Source: Octopus sinensis
Taxonomy: Eukaryota
Direction: 5' to 3'
Length of the DNA stretch: 64,000 bases
Assembly (NCBI RefSeq): GCF_006345805.1
Contig: NC_043000.1
Coordinates: 34,596,001 to 34,660,000 of the forward strand
The translations under genes and the position numbers were made by a program. A model generated the notes under the pieces. The model did no database searches and had not been told where the DNA came from. It was given only the letters and a program-made list of their open reading frames with translations. Positions 12,702 to 24,315 of this stretch are shown piece after piece; position 1 is the stretch's first letter; the number at the start of each line of letters is the position of its first letter.

Positions 12702-13757
12702 TTGGGTTGGCAATTAAGTTCCCGCCATTTTTTTAATTTTGGAATTTATTGTGTTTTTAAATTTTGTAATCTAATTTTTTTGAGAATTCTATTTTTGAAT
12801 CATTTTGGAATCTATTTTGTTTTTTTCTAGTTAATTTTAGTTAGTTTTTGTTTATTTTAAGACCATTAAAATGAAATGTCAAGTTAAGAAAAACTTCTGC
12901 ATGCAAATTCTCATCAAACGACAAGGGAATACTCTCACACTGCTACAGAGAAGCATCTTCACTCGATGGGAAGGGGTCACATGTATGGAGCATGGGTTCC
13001 GCATGCTTTAAATGACAACAATAAAAATCAACAAGCCACAATCTCCACTGGTTTGCTTGCTCGTCACCACTCAACTCATGGACACAAGCAACAATTCCTT
13101 TACCGAACTGTTACTGGCGATGAAAACTGTTGCCTGTACATCAATATGAAGCAGCGTAAGGAATGGCTTAGCCCCGGTAAACAAGCGACACCACGCGTAA
13201 AGCAAGATTTTCATCCGTGTAAAACGATGTTGTGCGTATGGTGGGACTGGGAAGGGATTATCCATTATGAATTGCTTGAATGGAACCAAACGGTCAATGC
13301 GGAACTCTATGTTCAACAGATGGAATGACTCAATACGACTATTCAAGAGAAAAGACCTAATCGGCAGCATGGAGTTCTTCTGCTGCACGATAACGCCCAC
13401 CCTCATATCGCCAATATGACCAAGGAAGCCATTCAAACGCATGGCTGGGAAGTGCAGCCACACCCACCGTACTCTCCTGATTTAGCACCAATGGATTTCC
13501 ACCTCTTTCAAATGCTATGCAAGGAGTTTCGTTCAATACTGATGCAGAATTGAGAGCTTGGTTGGATCAATTTTTCAAGTCGAAATTGAGTGACTTCTAC
13601 CAACGAGGTATTGAAAATCTTGTTGAACGTTGGGAAGAAGTTGTAAACAACAAGGGTGAATACATTATTGATTAATTAGTTGTTATTTTTTTTTTTTATT
13701 AAACCTTTTAAAAAATTTTAATTTTAAAAAATGGTGGGAACTTAGTTGCCAACCCAA
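12702..13757 (+). mobile_element. Mariner (DD34D) transposon with both TIRs and TA target duplication, internally deleted
   Basis: TIRs ttgggttggcaattaagttcccgccattttt / aaaaatggtgggaacttagttgccaacccaa (2 mismatches), TA at 12700-12701 and 13758-13759. Confidence 0.95.
12966..13675 (+). pseudogene. Mariner transposase pseudogene (mellifera-like subfamily)
   Basis: WVPHAL, TGDE, HDNA and YSPDLAPMD with exactly 34 residues between D2 and D3; ends GEYIID*; TGA at 13326, a frameshift near 13515, N-terminal DNA-binding region largely missing. Confidence 0.92.
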
Positions 13758-16263
13758 TATTTGAAATGGCTCAGTGTTGTGCCAACATAGGTCTTTGGTA
13801 TTAGGTTTGAATGCACTATGCAAGGTAGACAAAGTCCTTGGTGAAACAATTCTGGTCCAAAGAGAATGTGTCAGGGTGATGGCAATTGTATTTTCTACAA
13901 GAAATTGGTGGTTGATGTTTGCTGAGCTGAGAGAAGTTAGAGTTTGTAATGAATTGGTGAAAATGTGGATGTTTGAGTAGGCAACTTTCATAGTGTATCA
14001 GTCAAAAATTGATTGAGTGGTAAATTGTTTTCACCACTCAATGATAAATTTAAAAATATTTTCATACTATTCAGGTTGCAACAGTTAAGATGTTGAGCTA
14101 AAATGAGGACAAGATATGAGTGTATCAATTTCATTGCTTTAATGTCCATGTTTGTTAAGGCAGATGTTTTTCAGCCAAATACTCTTCTTCTCACCTGTTT
14201 CCAAATTAGGCCTGACTCCTTCAAACAACAAACATCAGAAAATGGTCACTTGTGCTTTTATAGAAAATTTTCAATGAATGGTACAACCTGTAGAATGGTG
14301 AGATTTGCAATTAGTGTACAGTGTAGAAGCAAAGACACACACACACATGATGGGATTCTTTCAGTTTCTATCTCCAAATCTACTCACAAGGCTTGGGCTG
14401 ACTCAAGACTAAAATAGAAGATACTTGTCTAAGATGGCATGTAGTGGGACTGAACCCTCAACCATGTGGCTGTAAAGCCAGCATATCAACCACACAGCCA
14501 TACCTGTACCTATATACAATAATATTTTAATGTCTGGCAGAGGTTGGAGGATTTGAAAGGATCTGATTGGTTGGAAGTTGGCATTGTGCTCTAATGTCTG
14601 CTTTGGCTGGATGCCTTTCCTAATGCCATCCACTTTACAGAGAGTGAGGGGTGCTGATGTGAACAGTAATGATGATCACACTTCAACTTGTATGGTTAAG
14701 ACCCCACTCAACTAAAAGGGACTATAGTAGGGAGGAATGTAGCTTTATGTTAGGTGATGAAATGTTAGAGTATGAAAGAGGGGCCAGAATGAGTTTTCTT
14801 GCAGTAGAGGAGAGAAATGATTCCTAACAGTTTTACAAGTGTGAGAATAATTAAGGGGGAGGGAATGATGACAAAGTATCAGAGTAGGTCCTGGGAATTG
14901 AACAGGAAGGATGGATGCATATATAGGAAGAGTGATGGATAGATAGAGATGGGGTAAGGTGGGGGAAAATATACCAAATGATGATAAGAGTTGAGGAGGG
15001 GGGGGTCAATGAGTGTGAGTTGGAAGGGAGGTAGGAGGGTAGATGTTGACTAGCAGTTGGTTAGGATTGAGGGATGAATGTAGTTAATGATGAAAAAGGG
15101 CAGATAGGTGATCAATAATACATAAGTTGGAAGGAATGTAGAGGGGAAAGTAAGTGTTGACTGGCAGTAAATAAAGGATGAAAAACATCATAACAGAAAT
15201 ACTACAGTAGACAAAAGAAGAATGAGGAAATGAGACATGTGTGGGTGCATAGAGAGTATGGGAGAGGAGAGAGACAGATGCAGAGTATGGGCAGTGAGAG
15301 AGATGTATAGTGGGAGGAAAAAGTCAGAAGAAAGTGGCTCAGTGGAGAGAAGGAGAAAATTTGTAGCAGTGAAAGGTGAGAATGATCAGTGTAAAATGTG
15401 AGTGGAGAAGAACAGTGTTAAGAATGAAGATTAAATGGCAAGTGAAGTAGTTCCAGAAAGTGAGAATGGTAATTGGTATCAGAGAAAAAGATGATAGTAT
15501 ATGTAGTATTGTCCTTGTTTAATTAAGGCAGAAGAATGCTCCAGTTAGGCGAGTGAAGGAAATGCAAGTGATAGAGAGACAAGGGTGTAAGTGGGGATTG
15601 CTTGCACATACAGATATCATCATCATCATCATCATCATCATCATTAATGTCCGTTTTCCATAATGGTATAGGTTGGATGGTTTGACAGGACCTGGTAAGG
15701 CTGTGAGCCATACCAGGCTCCACTGTCTGTTTTAGAATGGTTTCTACAGCTAGATGCCTTTCCTAACACCAACCACTTTACAGAGTGTACTGGGTGCTTT
15801 TTATGTGTCACCAGCACCAGTGCTTTTTATGAGGAATCAGCACTGGTGCCTTTTTATGTGGTGCCAACACTTTTTACATGGCACCAACATCAAGAGGGTC
15901 ACCATGTAACTTGCAAGACAAACTCCCCTCAGCTGGGAGGAGGGAGTAGTATTGAGGTGGGGGTGCTCTGTGCCAGTTGGTGAGAGATTAAAGGTACAGA
16001 AAGACAGGTATAGGTATCTTGTTGTAGAACAGATATGTGGATACCCCAGTTGGAAAAGGAAGAAGGGTGAGTTAGAGAGTGACAGTGAGGGTGACAGTGG
16101 AAAAGATGTGTTGAGACGAGCCCTTGAGAAAAATTGTGGCTGGTGTGAGTGAGGTGATACAGAGGTTTTTGTCTAGGTGAGTGCACAGAATAGGGGTGAC
16201 CATGATAGATATGTGAGGTGTTAACAATACAGGGAAGAGAAGGCACAGAAAAGAGGTGACTGG

Positions 16264-16725
16264 TGGAGGCATGGCTGTGTGGTGAAAGGTTTGTTTCCAC
16301 ACCATATGGTTCTGGGTTCAGTTCTACTGCATGACACCTTGTGCAGGTACCTTCCACTACACCTCCAGGCTGACCAAAGCCTTGTCAGTGGATTTGGTAG
16401 ACGGAAACTGAAAGAAGATTGCTGTATACATACACACACACACATACACATATGTAATGTAAATATATATTTATGTGTGTGCGTGTGCATGTGTGTGCGG
16501 GCGGGCGTGAGTGTGTCTCTATGTATTTGTCTCTCAGTACTGTTTGAAAACCAGTGTTGGTTTGTTTATGTCCTCAAAACTTTGCAGTTCAGCAAAAGAG
16601 ACCAATAGAATATGTAGCAAATTTTAAAGGTAAATGAATAAGTACTGTAGTCAATTTGTTTGATAAAAATTTTCAGAGTGGTGCCCCAGCATGGTCACAG
16701 TCTAATGACTACAACAAGTAAAAGA
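16264..16725 (+). mobile_element. SINE family A
   Basis: Same head and body as 8014-8370 in the opposite orientation, with an internal CA/TG microsatellite. Confidence 0.75.
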
Positions 16726-16762
16726 ATAACAAAATGTATATGTCTCTGTGTGTGTGTGTGTG

Positions 16763-16804
<42 letters not shown>

Positions 16805-16809
16805 ATATC

Positions 16810-17220
16810 ATCATCATTTAATGTCCGTTTTCCATGCTGGCATGGGTTGGACGGTTTGACTGAGGAGTGGTGAGCCAGAAGGCTGCACCAGGCTCAATCT
16901 GATCTGGCAATGTTTTTACAGCTGGATGCCCTTCCTGACGACAACCAGTCCAAGAGTGTAGTGGGTGCTTTTACGTGCCACCAGCACGAGGGCCGGTCAG
17001 GCGGTTCTGGTAATGACCATGCTCAAACAGTGATTTTTATGTGCTACATGCATGGGAGCAAGTCAGGTGGCACTGCTAGTGACCACATCCGAATGTTGTT
17101 TTTCAAGTGCTACTGGCACATGTTCCAGTAAGGCAACGACCACGCTCGAATGGTGACTTTCATGTGTCCCTAGCATGGGAGCCAATCTATAGCCCTGGCA
17201 ACGATCACGCTCGGATGCGC
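16810..17220 (-). mobile_element. RTE-type LINE 3' UTR fragment
   Basis: catcatcatttaatgtccgttttccatgctggcatgggttggacgg tail plus internal tandem units. Confidence 0.75.
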
Positions 17221-17222
17221 TT

Positions 17223-17272
<50 letters not shown>

Positions 17273-17320
17273 ATATATATAATTTCTCTTTATTTTATCT
17301 CCTTATTTCTTTCCATGTTC

Positions 17321-17356
17321 CTTTCTGTGGAAGAGCGTAGTCTCGAAACGTTAAAG
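17321..17356 (+). ncRNA. Hammerhead-like motif, family 3 (A6-to-U core variant)
   Basis: cttt-CTGTGGA-a-gagc[gtag]tctc-GAAA-cgtt/aaag: 4-bp stem I, 3-4 bp stem II, palindromic stem III; second copy at 55530-55565. Confidence 0.55.
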
Positions 17357-17686
17357 ACTTTTTCACATTAAACTAATACATCGGTTTGTTGTCTACACCA
17401 CATGCCTTCGTCTTTTTTTTTGGTGAATCCCTCCTTGGCGTCCGTGTCAGTGACATGTAAAAGCACCAACCAATCATGGCCATTTGCCAGCCTGCTCTGG
17501 CCCCTGTGCTGGTGGCACGTAAAAAAGACCCACTACACTCATGGAGTGGTTGGCGTTAGGAAGGGCATCCAGCTGTAGATACATTGCCAGATCAGATTGA
17601 GCCTGGTGCAGCCTCCATGGCTTACCAGACCCCAGTCGAACCGACCAAGCCATGATAGCATGGAAAATGGACGTTAAATGATGATG

Positions 17687-17722
<36 letters not shown>

Positions 17723-17916
17723 GGGGGGGCAGAGAGAGAGAGAGATAGACAGACAGACAGGCAGATAATACATTATAACTGAAAGGCTCTGATTTCCAGT
17801 ATTCAGAGTCAGTCATTTCTCATCATCAGCTGATTAAACAAGCCTGGTTTTCTTTTGAAATACTCTACATTTATATTGAGCCCTGTAATTTACTGATTTT
17901 AGAGAATGATCAGAGA

Positions 17917-17966
<50 letters not shown>

Positions 17967-17991
17967 GAGACACACACATACATACATATAG

Positions 17992-18360
17992 GTGCAGGAA
18001 TGGCTATGTGATAAGTAGCTTGCTAACCAACCACATGGTTCCAAGTTCAGTCCTACTACGTGGCACCTTGGGCGAGTGTCTTCTACTATAGTCTTGGGCT
18101 GACAAAAGCCTTGTGAGTGGATTTGGTAGATGGAAACTGAAGGAAGCCTGTCATGTAGGTGTAGGTGTGTATGTGTTAGTCCCCTAACCATCACTTGACA
18201 ACCGATGCTGGTGTGTTTACGTCCCCGTAACTTAGTGGTTCGGCAAAAGTGACTGATAGAATAAGTACTAGGCTCACAGAGAATAAGTCCTGAGGTTGAA
18301 TTGCTCGACTAAAGGCGGTGCTCCAGGCTGGCGACAATCAAATGACTGAAACAAGAGAAA
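17992..18360 (+). mobile_element. SINE family A
   Basis: Full head-to-tail match to the 8014-8370 family. Confidence 0.8.
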
Positions 18361-18367
18361 ATACACA

Positions 18368-18417
<50 letters not shown>

Positions 18418-19419
18418 ACCATGAAGTCAGCAATACATATACACATATACAATCCACAAAAGGAGTGTGTGGCAGAAAAGCTGTAGAAGTCAATTAGCTT
18501 GTTGGATCCAGGGAAGTCCCCCCACCCTCGCCACTCCCCCCACAAGCACATCCCCACCCCCCACCGTCAATGGCTACACTTAAATGATATAGTAGTAAAC
18601 TATGATGATAAAATAATAAATATAACCTGGAGAGATATTAACTGGAGAATTTTATGTGTTGGTATTAGAAGTGGAATGGTCAGTTGGTGACCAGCAGTGG
18701 CCCAGTGTTTAGCTTGGATAAAAGTAGAAGAGGAATGAGTCAACAATAGCTGCCAGTTTATCTCTGGCTGGTCTTTGTAAAGCCAAGACAAGTAGCAGGA
18801 GGGCATCGAGGAAGAAGAAGACGACGAAGATGAAGAAGACGGAGAAGGAGAGAAAGCTGAAAGGAAGAAATAAAAAAAAAAAATCAATAGCTATGGGAGA
18901 AATCGATATTCATGTCATTATTATTATACTATTACCTTGGCTGGAATTAACAGAAGCAGCGCTATTGTTGTGAAGGCCGAATGAGTGGTCAGTAACTATA
19001 TCTGTCGTTAACAATACTGACCATAGCTGGACACTTTTGGACTTGGCAAGAGACAAGCTGGAAAGAAGAGTTGAAATGAATCTAATTACAAACGAGAGAG
19101 GGAGGGGGGAGATAGCAGAGGGGAGGTGGTGGTGGTGGTGGTGGAAGAGGGCGGTCAGCTTCCAAAGAAATTATGACTTGCATTAGTATGTGTTTACTTG
19201 CAGATGTGTTTGAGAATTCCTAATAGTGGTTCTGCTCGTTGTTGTTGTTGTTGCTGTTTTTGTTGTTGTTGATAATGGCATGGAGGCGAGGAGGAGAAGG
19301 AGGAAGAGAAGGAGGAGGTATTTGGTGTGAATAATGCAAGTTTGACTGTAATTAGTTGCAGCTTTTGATGTATGCCTTTTGATAATATAACCACTACCAT
19401 AAGTACACTTCGATACACA

Positions 19420-19559
19420 CACACACACACATTCACATATATGTATAAAATATGTATACACACACAAACACATATATACATATATGCAAAATACAGATAT
19501 ATTTAAATATTTCTTCTCTTCTAACCTGCATACTGACACAATACACACACACACATGCA

Positions 19560-19593
<34 letters not shown>

Positions 19594-19996
19594 ATATATA
19601 TATATATATACATATATATATACATACACATATATATATATACATATATATATATACATATATATGTACATATACATATATGTATCTATACAAACATACA
19701 TATATACATATGTATGTATATATATACATACATACATACACAGATATATGTATGTATATATATATATATATGTATGTATATATATATGCATATATATATA
19801 TATACATACATATATGTATGTACATATATATATAGACTTATATATATATGTATATATATATATAAATACATATATATATGCATGTATATACACATATATA
19901 TATATGTATATACGTATATATACATATATGTGATTGTATATATATATATATACACACATATATGTATGTATATATTTATATATATATATGCATATA

Positions 19997-20051
<55 letters not shown>

Positions 20052-20175
20052 TCATATATATATATTGATATATATACACACACATATATATATAAATACA
20101 TATATATAAACAAATAAATATAAATAAATAAATATATATATATATACACACATCTATATATATATATATATATCT
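19420..20175. repeat. Long (TA)n/(CATA)n compound microsatellite
   Basis: About 750 bp of near-pure alternating purine/pyrimidine; generates the 343-aa IY ORF artefact. Confidence 0.97.
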
Positions 20176-20189
20176 GACTTCACATGTCA

Positions 20190-21450
20190 GCATTGTCAGA
20201 AAAAGACTGACCACGTTCCTAGAGGAAAAATTACTTGCTTACAGACACACAACATGGTTTCCGTCCTGGACGGAGCTGCCTAACACAGCTACTACAGCAT
20301 TTCGACTGGACACTAAAACAACAGCTCAACCATTCAAATGTGGATGGGATATATCTCGACCTTGCCTAGGCCTTTGACAAAGTCGATCATGGGATGATAT
20401 GTTACAAATTACATGACCTCAATATCGCTGGTAGACTGGGAGAGTGGCTGCATGATTTCTTGAAAGGCAGAAGTCAGCTGTCACAGCAAATGGTGCTCTC
20501 TCCGAAGTGTCACCAATCCTCAGCGGAGTCCCCCAGGGAACAGTGTTGGGACAACTGTTTGTGGTTGCTCTCTCAGACATGCCCTCAGCCATTGAGTCAG
20601 CCACACTCACCAACTACGCCAATGATACAAAAGTATCACAGGTGTTCAAGGATCCTACTGACATCTTGAGACTGCAGAACGACCTGAACACAGTATTTAA
20701 GTGGGCAGATGAGAATAATATGTAGTTCAATGCTGCAAAATTTCAAGCACTCTGCTATCAGCCCACAAACAAATTGCACAGGACCAGCAGGCAATGTAAT
20801 CTCTGAGTTAGAGTTGGTGCACAACCTGGGAATCCACATGAGGAATGATGCAACTTTCCATGCGCACATTGCTCAGATAGCAAAACTATGCAGGTGGGTG
20901 GCAGGTTGGATCCTTAGATCCTTCAGGACCAGGAGCAGAAACATGATGCTTCTGCTTTGGAAAACCTTTGTCCTCAGTTGTTTGGACTACTGCTCCCAAC
21001 TGTGGCCACCACAAAGAGCAAAACTAACTGCAGAATTAGAGGCAATCCAATGCCACTCCACACTGAAGATAGATTCAGTAAACCACAAGGGCTAATGGAA
21101 GAGGTTGAAGGAATTGGGACATGAGAGATATGCAGTGCTATGCATATGGAAAATAATGGAGGATCTAGCTCCAAATTTCAGAATTGAAATCAATAACAAT
21201 CCCTGAACTGGACAGCACTGCACTGTACCAAAGGTCCCATCTTCTCCATCAAGGATAAAACCCAATATTGTAATAGCTTCAGATTCAAGGATTCACAACT
21301 TTTTAATGCCTTACTACAAAATATCAGAGATATGCAAGGTGTAGACATGGAAGTCTTCAAAAAAGGTCTAGACAGTTTCTTATCTGCAACACCAGACGAA
21401 CCCACATTGTGGCAGGAGACACATAGAAAAGCAGCAAGTGAAATTGGCAT
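20190..21450 (+). pseudogene. CR1/L2-group LINE reverse transcriptase 3' fragment
   Basis: QHGFRPGRSCLTQLL..DGIYLDLA*AFDKVDHG..SGVPQGTVLG..YANDTK (YADD-equivalent)..LQNDLN..LDYCSQLWPP; stops and frameshifts. Confidence 0.9.
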
Positions 21451-21479
21451 TTTTCAAAGAATTAAAATCTTTATTCATA

Positions 21480-22070
21480 GGTAGGCCCAATTTGACAAAA
21501 GAATTAGAGTCTGGTAGCAAACCTGTTGTTGTCAATTTTGTACATGTGTGTAAAATAGCGAAATTTTATGCTTTCAGGCAGATTTCGTCAAATGGATGTC
21601 ACAATGGCTAGTGTGCAAAATGCCTGAATTTTGCTAGAGAAATAAAATACTCTTACCAAATCAAAACCTGAAACGCTGTGGAATTAAAACAATGAATTGA
21701 AATAAGTTTTAGCAAATCAAAACAATTTGCATTGAAATGAAGAATTAGCAAATGCTGAATAGATTACCATTAATAAACTGTCTGTTCATACCAATGAAAC
21801 ATTTTTCGTCAAATTTTAGCATTTTTCATCAAATTGATGTCACAATGGCTAGTGCGGAAAATGCCAAAATTTTATGATTTTTGAAAAATCATTGCTGATT
21901 AAAAATCAATTTAAAAAAAATTCCAAGTGCCTAAGTGACCGCACGGGTATAAGTCCCACATGGGTCAAGTTTCATCAAGGTCTGTTGGATAGTCTTGGAG
22001 GAGTTAAAGTAACAAATTCACTAATACACAAACTAGCCATTTATTATTATATCTATCTATCTATCTATAT
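21480..22070 (+). mobile_element. Possible Helentron-associated (DINE/HINE-like) non-autonomous element
   Basis: Internal ~42-bp direct repeat (tttcgtcaaatggatgtcacaatggctagtg at about 21582 and 21824) and a 3' end caagtttcatcaagg..ggaggagtt..tttattattatatctat resembling DINE-like ends as recalled. Confidence 0.4.
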
Positions 22071-22518
22071 CATCATCATCATCGCTTAACGTCCGTTTTC
22101 CATGGGTTGGACAGTTCAACCGGGGTCTGGGAAGTCAGGAGGCTGCGCCAGGCTCCAGTCTGATTTGGCAGTGATGGTGTTTTTACGTGCCACCGGCACG
22201 GGTATCTTAACTACAATTTCCATTTGTTTTTTATTTTGATGTTCATGTACTTGACTCAATAGGTCCCCTCAAGAACAGTGGGTCACTCTACGGTCCAAAG
22301 TTAGCACAGCAGGCTGTCCTGCAAGCCTTGAACTCACTTCATTTGTTGGGTCTTCGCAGTCACAGCATATCTCAGAGATCTCGGTCTTTCATCATTTCCT
22401 CTGTGAGGCCCAATGTATCACCAGCACGGGTATCACAACTGCAATATCCATTTGATTTTTATTTTGATGTTGATGTACTTGACTCAATAGGTCTCATATA
22501 TATATATATAAGCATGAG

Positions 22519-22979
22519 AAATACATTCTTAGCATGTTGATTGCTGGTGGGCAAAACAATTTGAAAAAATTAAAAAGACCAGTTAATTCTATACCCCGAA
22601 GTTTCACCATTAATGAAATTATCTGTGGATCTTCAGTAGAACCTGCTGGGGATGTATAATTATAAAATTCAAATGCATACCATATCCAAAAGGACACATG
22701 TGCACATTGAGTGCTACTGTTATACATCGCAAATTCAATTCAAATGTCTTCAACCAACGCGCCAAGCCAGAATAGATCAGCAGTGAATTGTCTGACTCAA
22801 GAACTAAAATATTTAAATAGATACATAGGGGTAAAAATTATTAAAGGTAATAATTTATACCAGTGGCTAGGCTGTGTTAAAAATTGTCCATAGACCATCG
22901 GAGTATAGAATTAACCAATCTTTTTAATTTCTTCAAATTGTCTTGCCTGCCGACAGTTAACATGCTAAGAATTTATTTT
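22519..22979. repeat. Inverted repeat, ~80-bp arms (22519-22599 / 22898-22979), probable PLE 3'-end pair
   Basis: Left arm aaatacattcttagcatgttgattgctggtgggcaaaacaatttgaaaaaattaaaaagaccagttaattctataccccga matches the reverse complement of the right arm with scattered mismatches; preceded by a (C)RHENKFL-like endonuclease C-terminus. Confidence 0.7.
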
Positions 22980-23113
22980 TTGTGGTTTGAGGATTTGACA
23001 TCTCTTTTCAGCATGCAAGGAGACCATCTAGTGGTTTTCCTCTCAGTGTGTAATTTATACACATGCATATATATATCTATGTATATATATGTATGCATAT
23101 GTATATATATATG

Positions 23114-23144
<31 letters not shown>

Positions 23145-23153
23145 ATGTATATG

Positions 23154-23184
<31 letters not shown>

Positions 23185-23198
23185 ATATTTATTTATTT

Positions 23199-23364
23199 AG
23201 TATTAATAAAATAGGAGATGGAATGTGTAACAGACTTTATTGGGTACAACACATTTCGACCCGTTCTGGGTCTCTTCAGGTACATCAATAAAAAGTCTCA
23301 CTAGAAACATGTGTTGTACCCAATAAAGTCTATTACACATTCCATCTCCTATTTTATTAATACT
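23199..23364. repeat. Hairpin element (~55-bp arms) enclosing a family-2 hammerhead
   Basis: agtattaataaaataggagatggaatgtgtaacagactttattgggtacaacacat vs atgtgttgtacccaataaagtctattacacattccatctcctattttattaatact. Confidence 0.9.
23244..23283 (-). ncRNA. Minimal type-I hammerhead ribozyme, family 2
   Basis: Minus strand gtac-CTGAAGA-gaccc[agaac]gggtc-GAAA-tgtgtt/gtac: canonical core, perfect 5-bp stem II, 4-bp stem I; stem III 2 nt shorter than in the partner arm (GAAAcatgtgtt). Confidence 0.7.
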
Positions 23365-23499
23365 GTAATCTCAACCACCACTACAAAGTTCCTGCAGTAA
23401 ATCTACGGATAACAACAGGTAATTGAAACTGCTGTTGCTTTACTCATCATCCTTTTATACATTTTGTACAATTTCTCCATTATATATATAAATATATAA

Positions 23500-24283
23500 A
23501 CACAGATATAAATAACCAGATTGAGTTGTAAGAGTTCTTGCCTGAAGATTATTGTGGCATGAAACTTGAGTAACATTCAGTTTAAATAAATCATATACTT
23601 TAGAATATTTATTGAGTACTCCCCATGAATTGAGAAACAAGATGAATGTGAAGCAATATATACCATTTCCATCAACAAATTTCTGAAATGGCACAGCCAA
23701 AAAATGAATGATGTAATCTAGACTGATGGAAAGCATTCCACTTGGAAAGGGACAACAACGCACCAATCCAAGACGTGTTTTCAACTTGCAACTGACCCAC
23801 ACTATTTACTATGGGTTGGTTGGTTTGTATTTTTAAGCCACATCCTTTTAACATCTTTATTAGGTGTTTTATGAATGTACCAAGTTTCTTTCCGTTCATA
23901 CTTTGGATAATGACAACTCTGTCAACTCTGTATACACCTATGTTTGACTTATATTATTTCCAGGATGTATAATCATACTGGCTCGTATGTCTCTGTTTTG
24001 TCATAGCAACAATGGAGATATGGAAGAATTTGTATTTTTGCTTTTTTTTTTCCAGGCTGAAATGTCATGGAAAAGGGAGAATTTTCTTACATGCATAATT
24101 ATAGTTCTATATTTACAAGATAAGAAATTATGTATACTACTTACATTATTTACATTTGACAGATATTTGTCCTCATCTTGTTTGTTGTTAACACAACATT
24201 TTGGCCTTCATCAGGTGTCTTAGGGAAATTTCGAACCTGGGTTCTCGTTCTTAAGGTATTTTTCGATGTCGTTATTATTATTA

Positions 24284-24315
<32 letters not shown>

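Larger units (their letters stand above)
12430..14330 (-). mobile_element. Degraded Penelope-like element (lineage 2), linker plus GIY-YIG endonuclease, split by a mariner insertion
   Basis: Minus-strand mosaic translation MKVAYSNIH..YNCHHPDTFSLDQNCFTKDFVYLA..KTYVGTTLSHFK, [mariner], then ..FCNICTTENL..LLNKR..FSSFMHK, matching PLE Cys-rich linker and endonuclease motifs. Confidence 0.65.

Noticed and set aside
19183-20214. 343-aa ORF and overlapping ORFs
   Set aside because: Translation of a (TA)n/(CATA)n microsatellite; IY/CV repeats, no domain.
22595-22640. CTGAAGA..GAAA on the minus strand inside the inverted repeat spacer
   Set aside because: Stem II is mismatched at its base and no stem I or cleavage triplet pairs.
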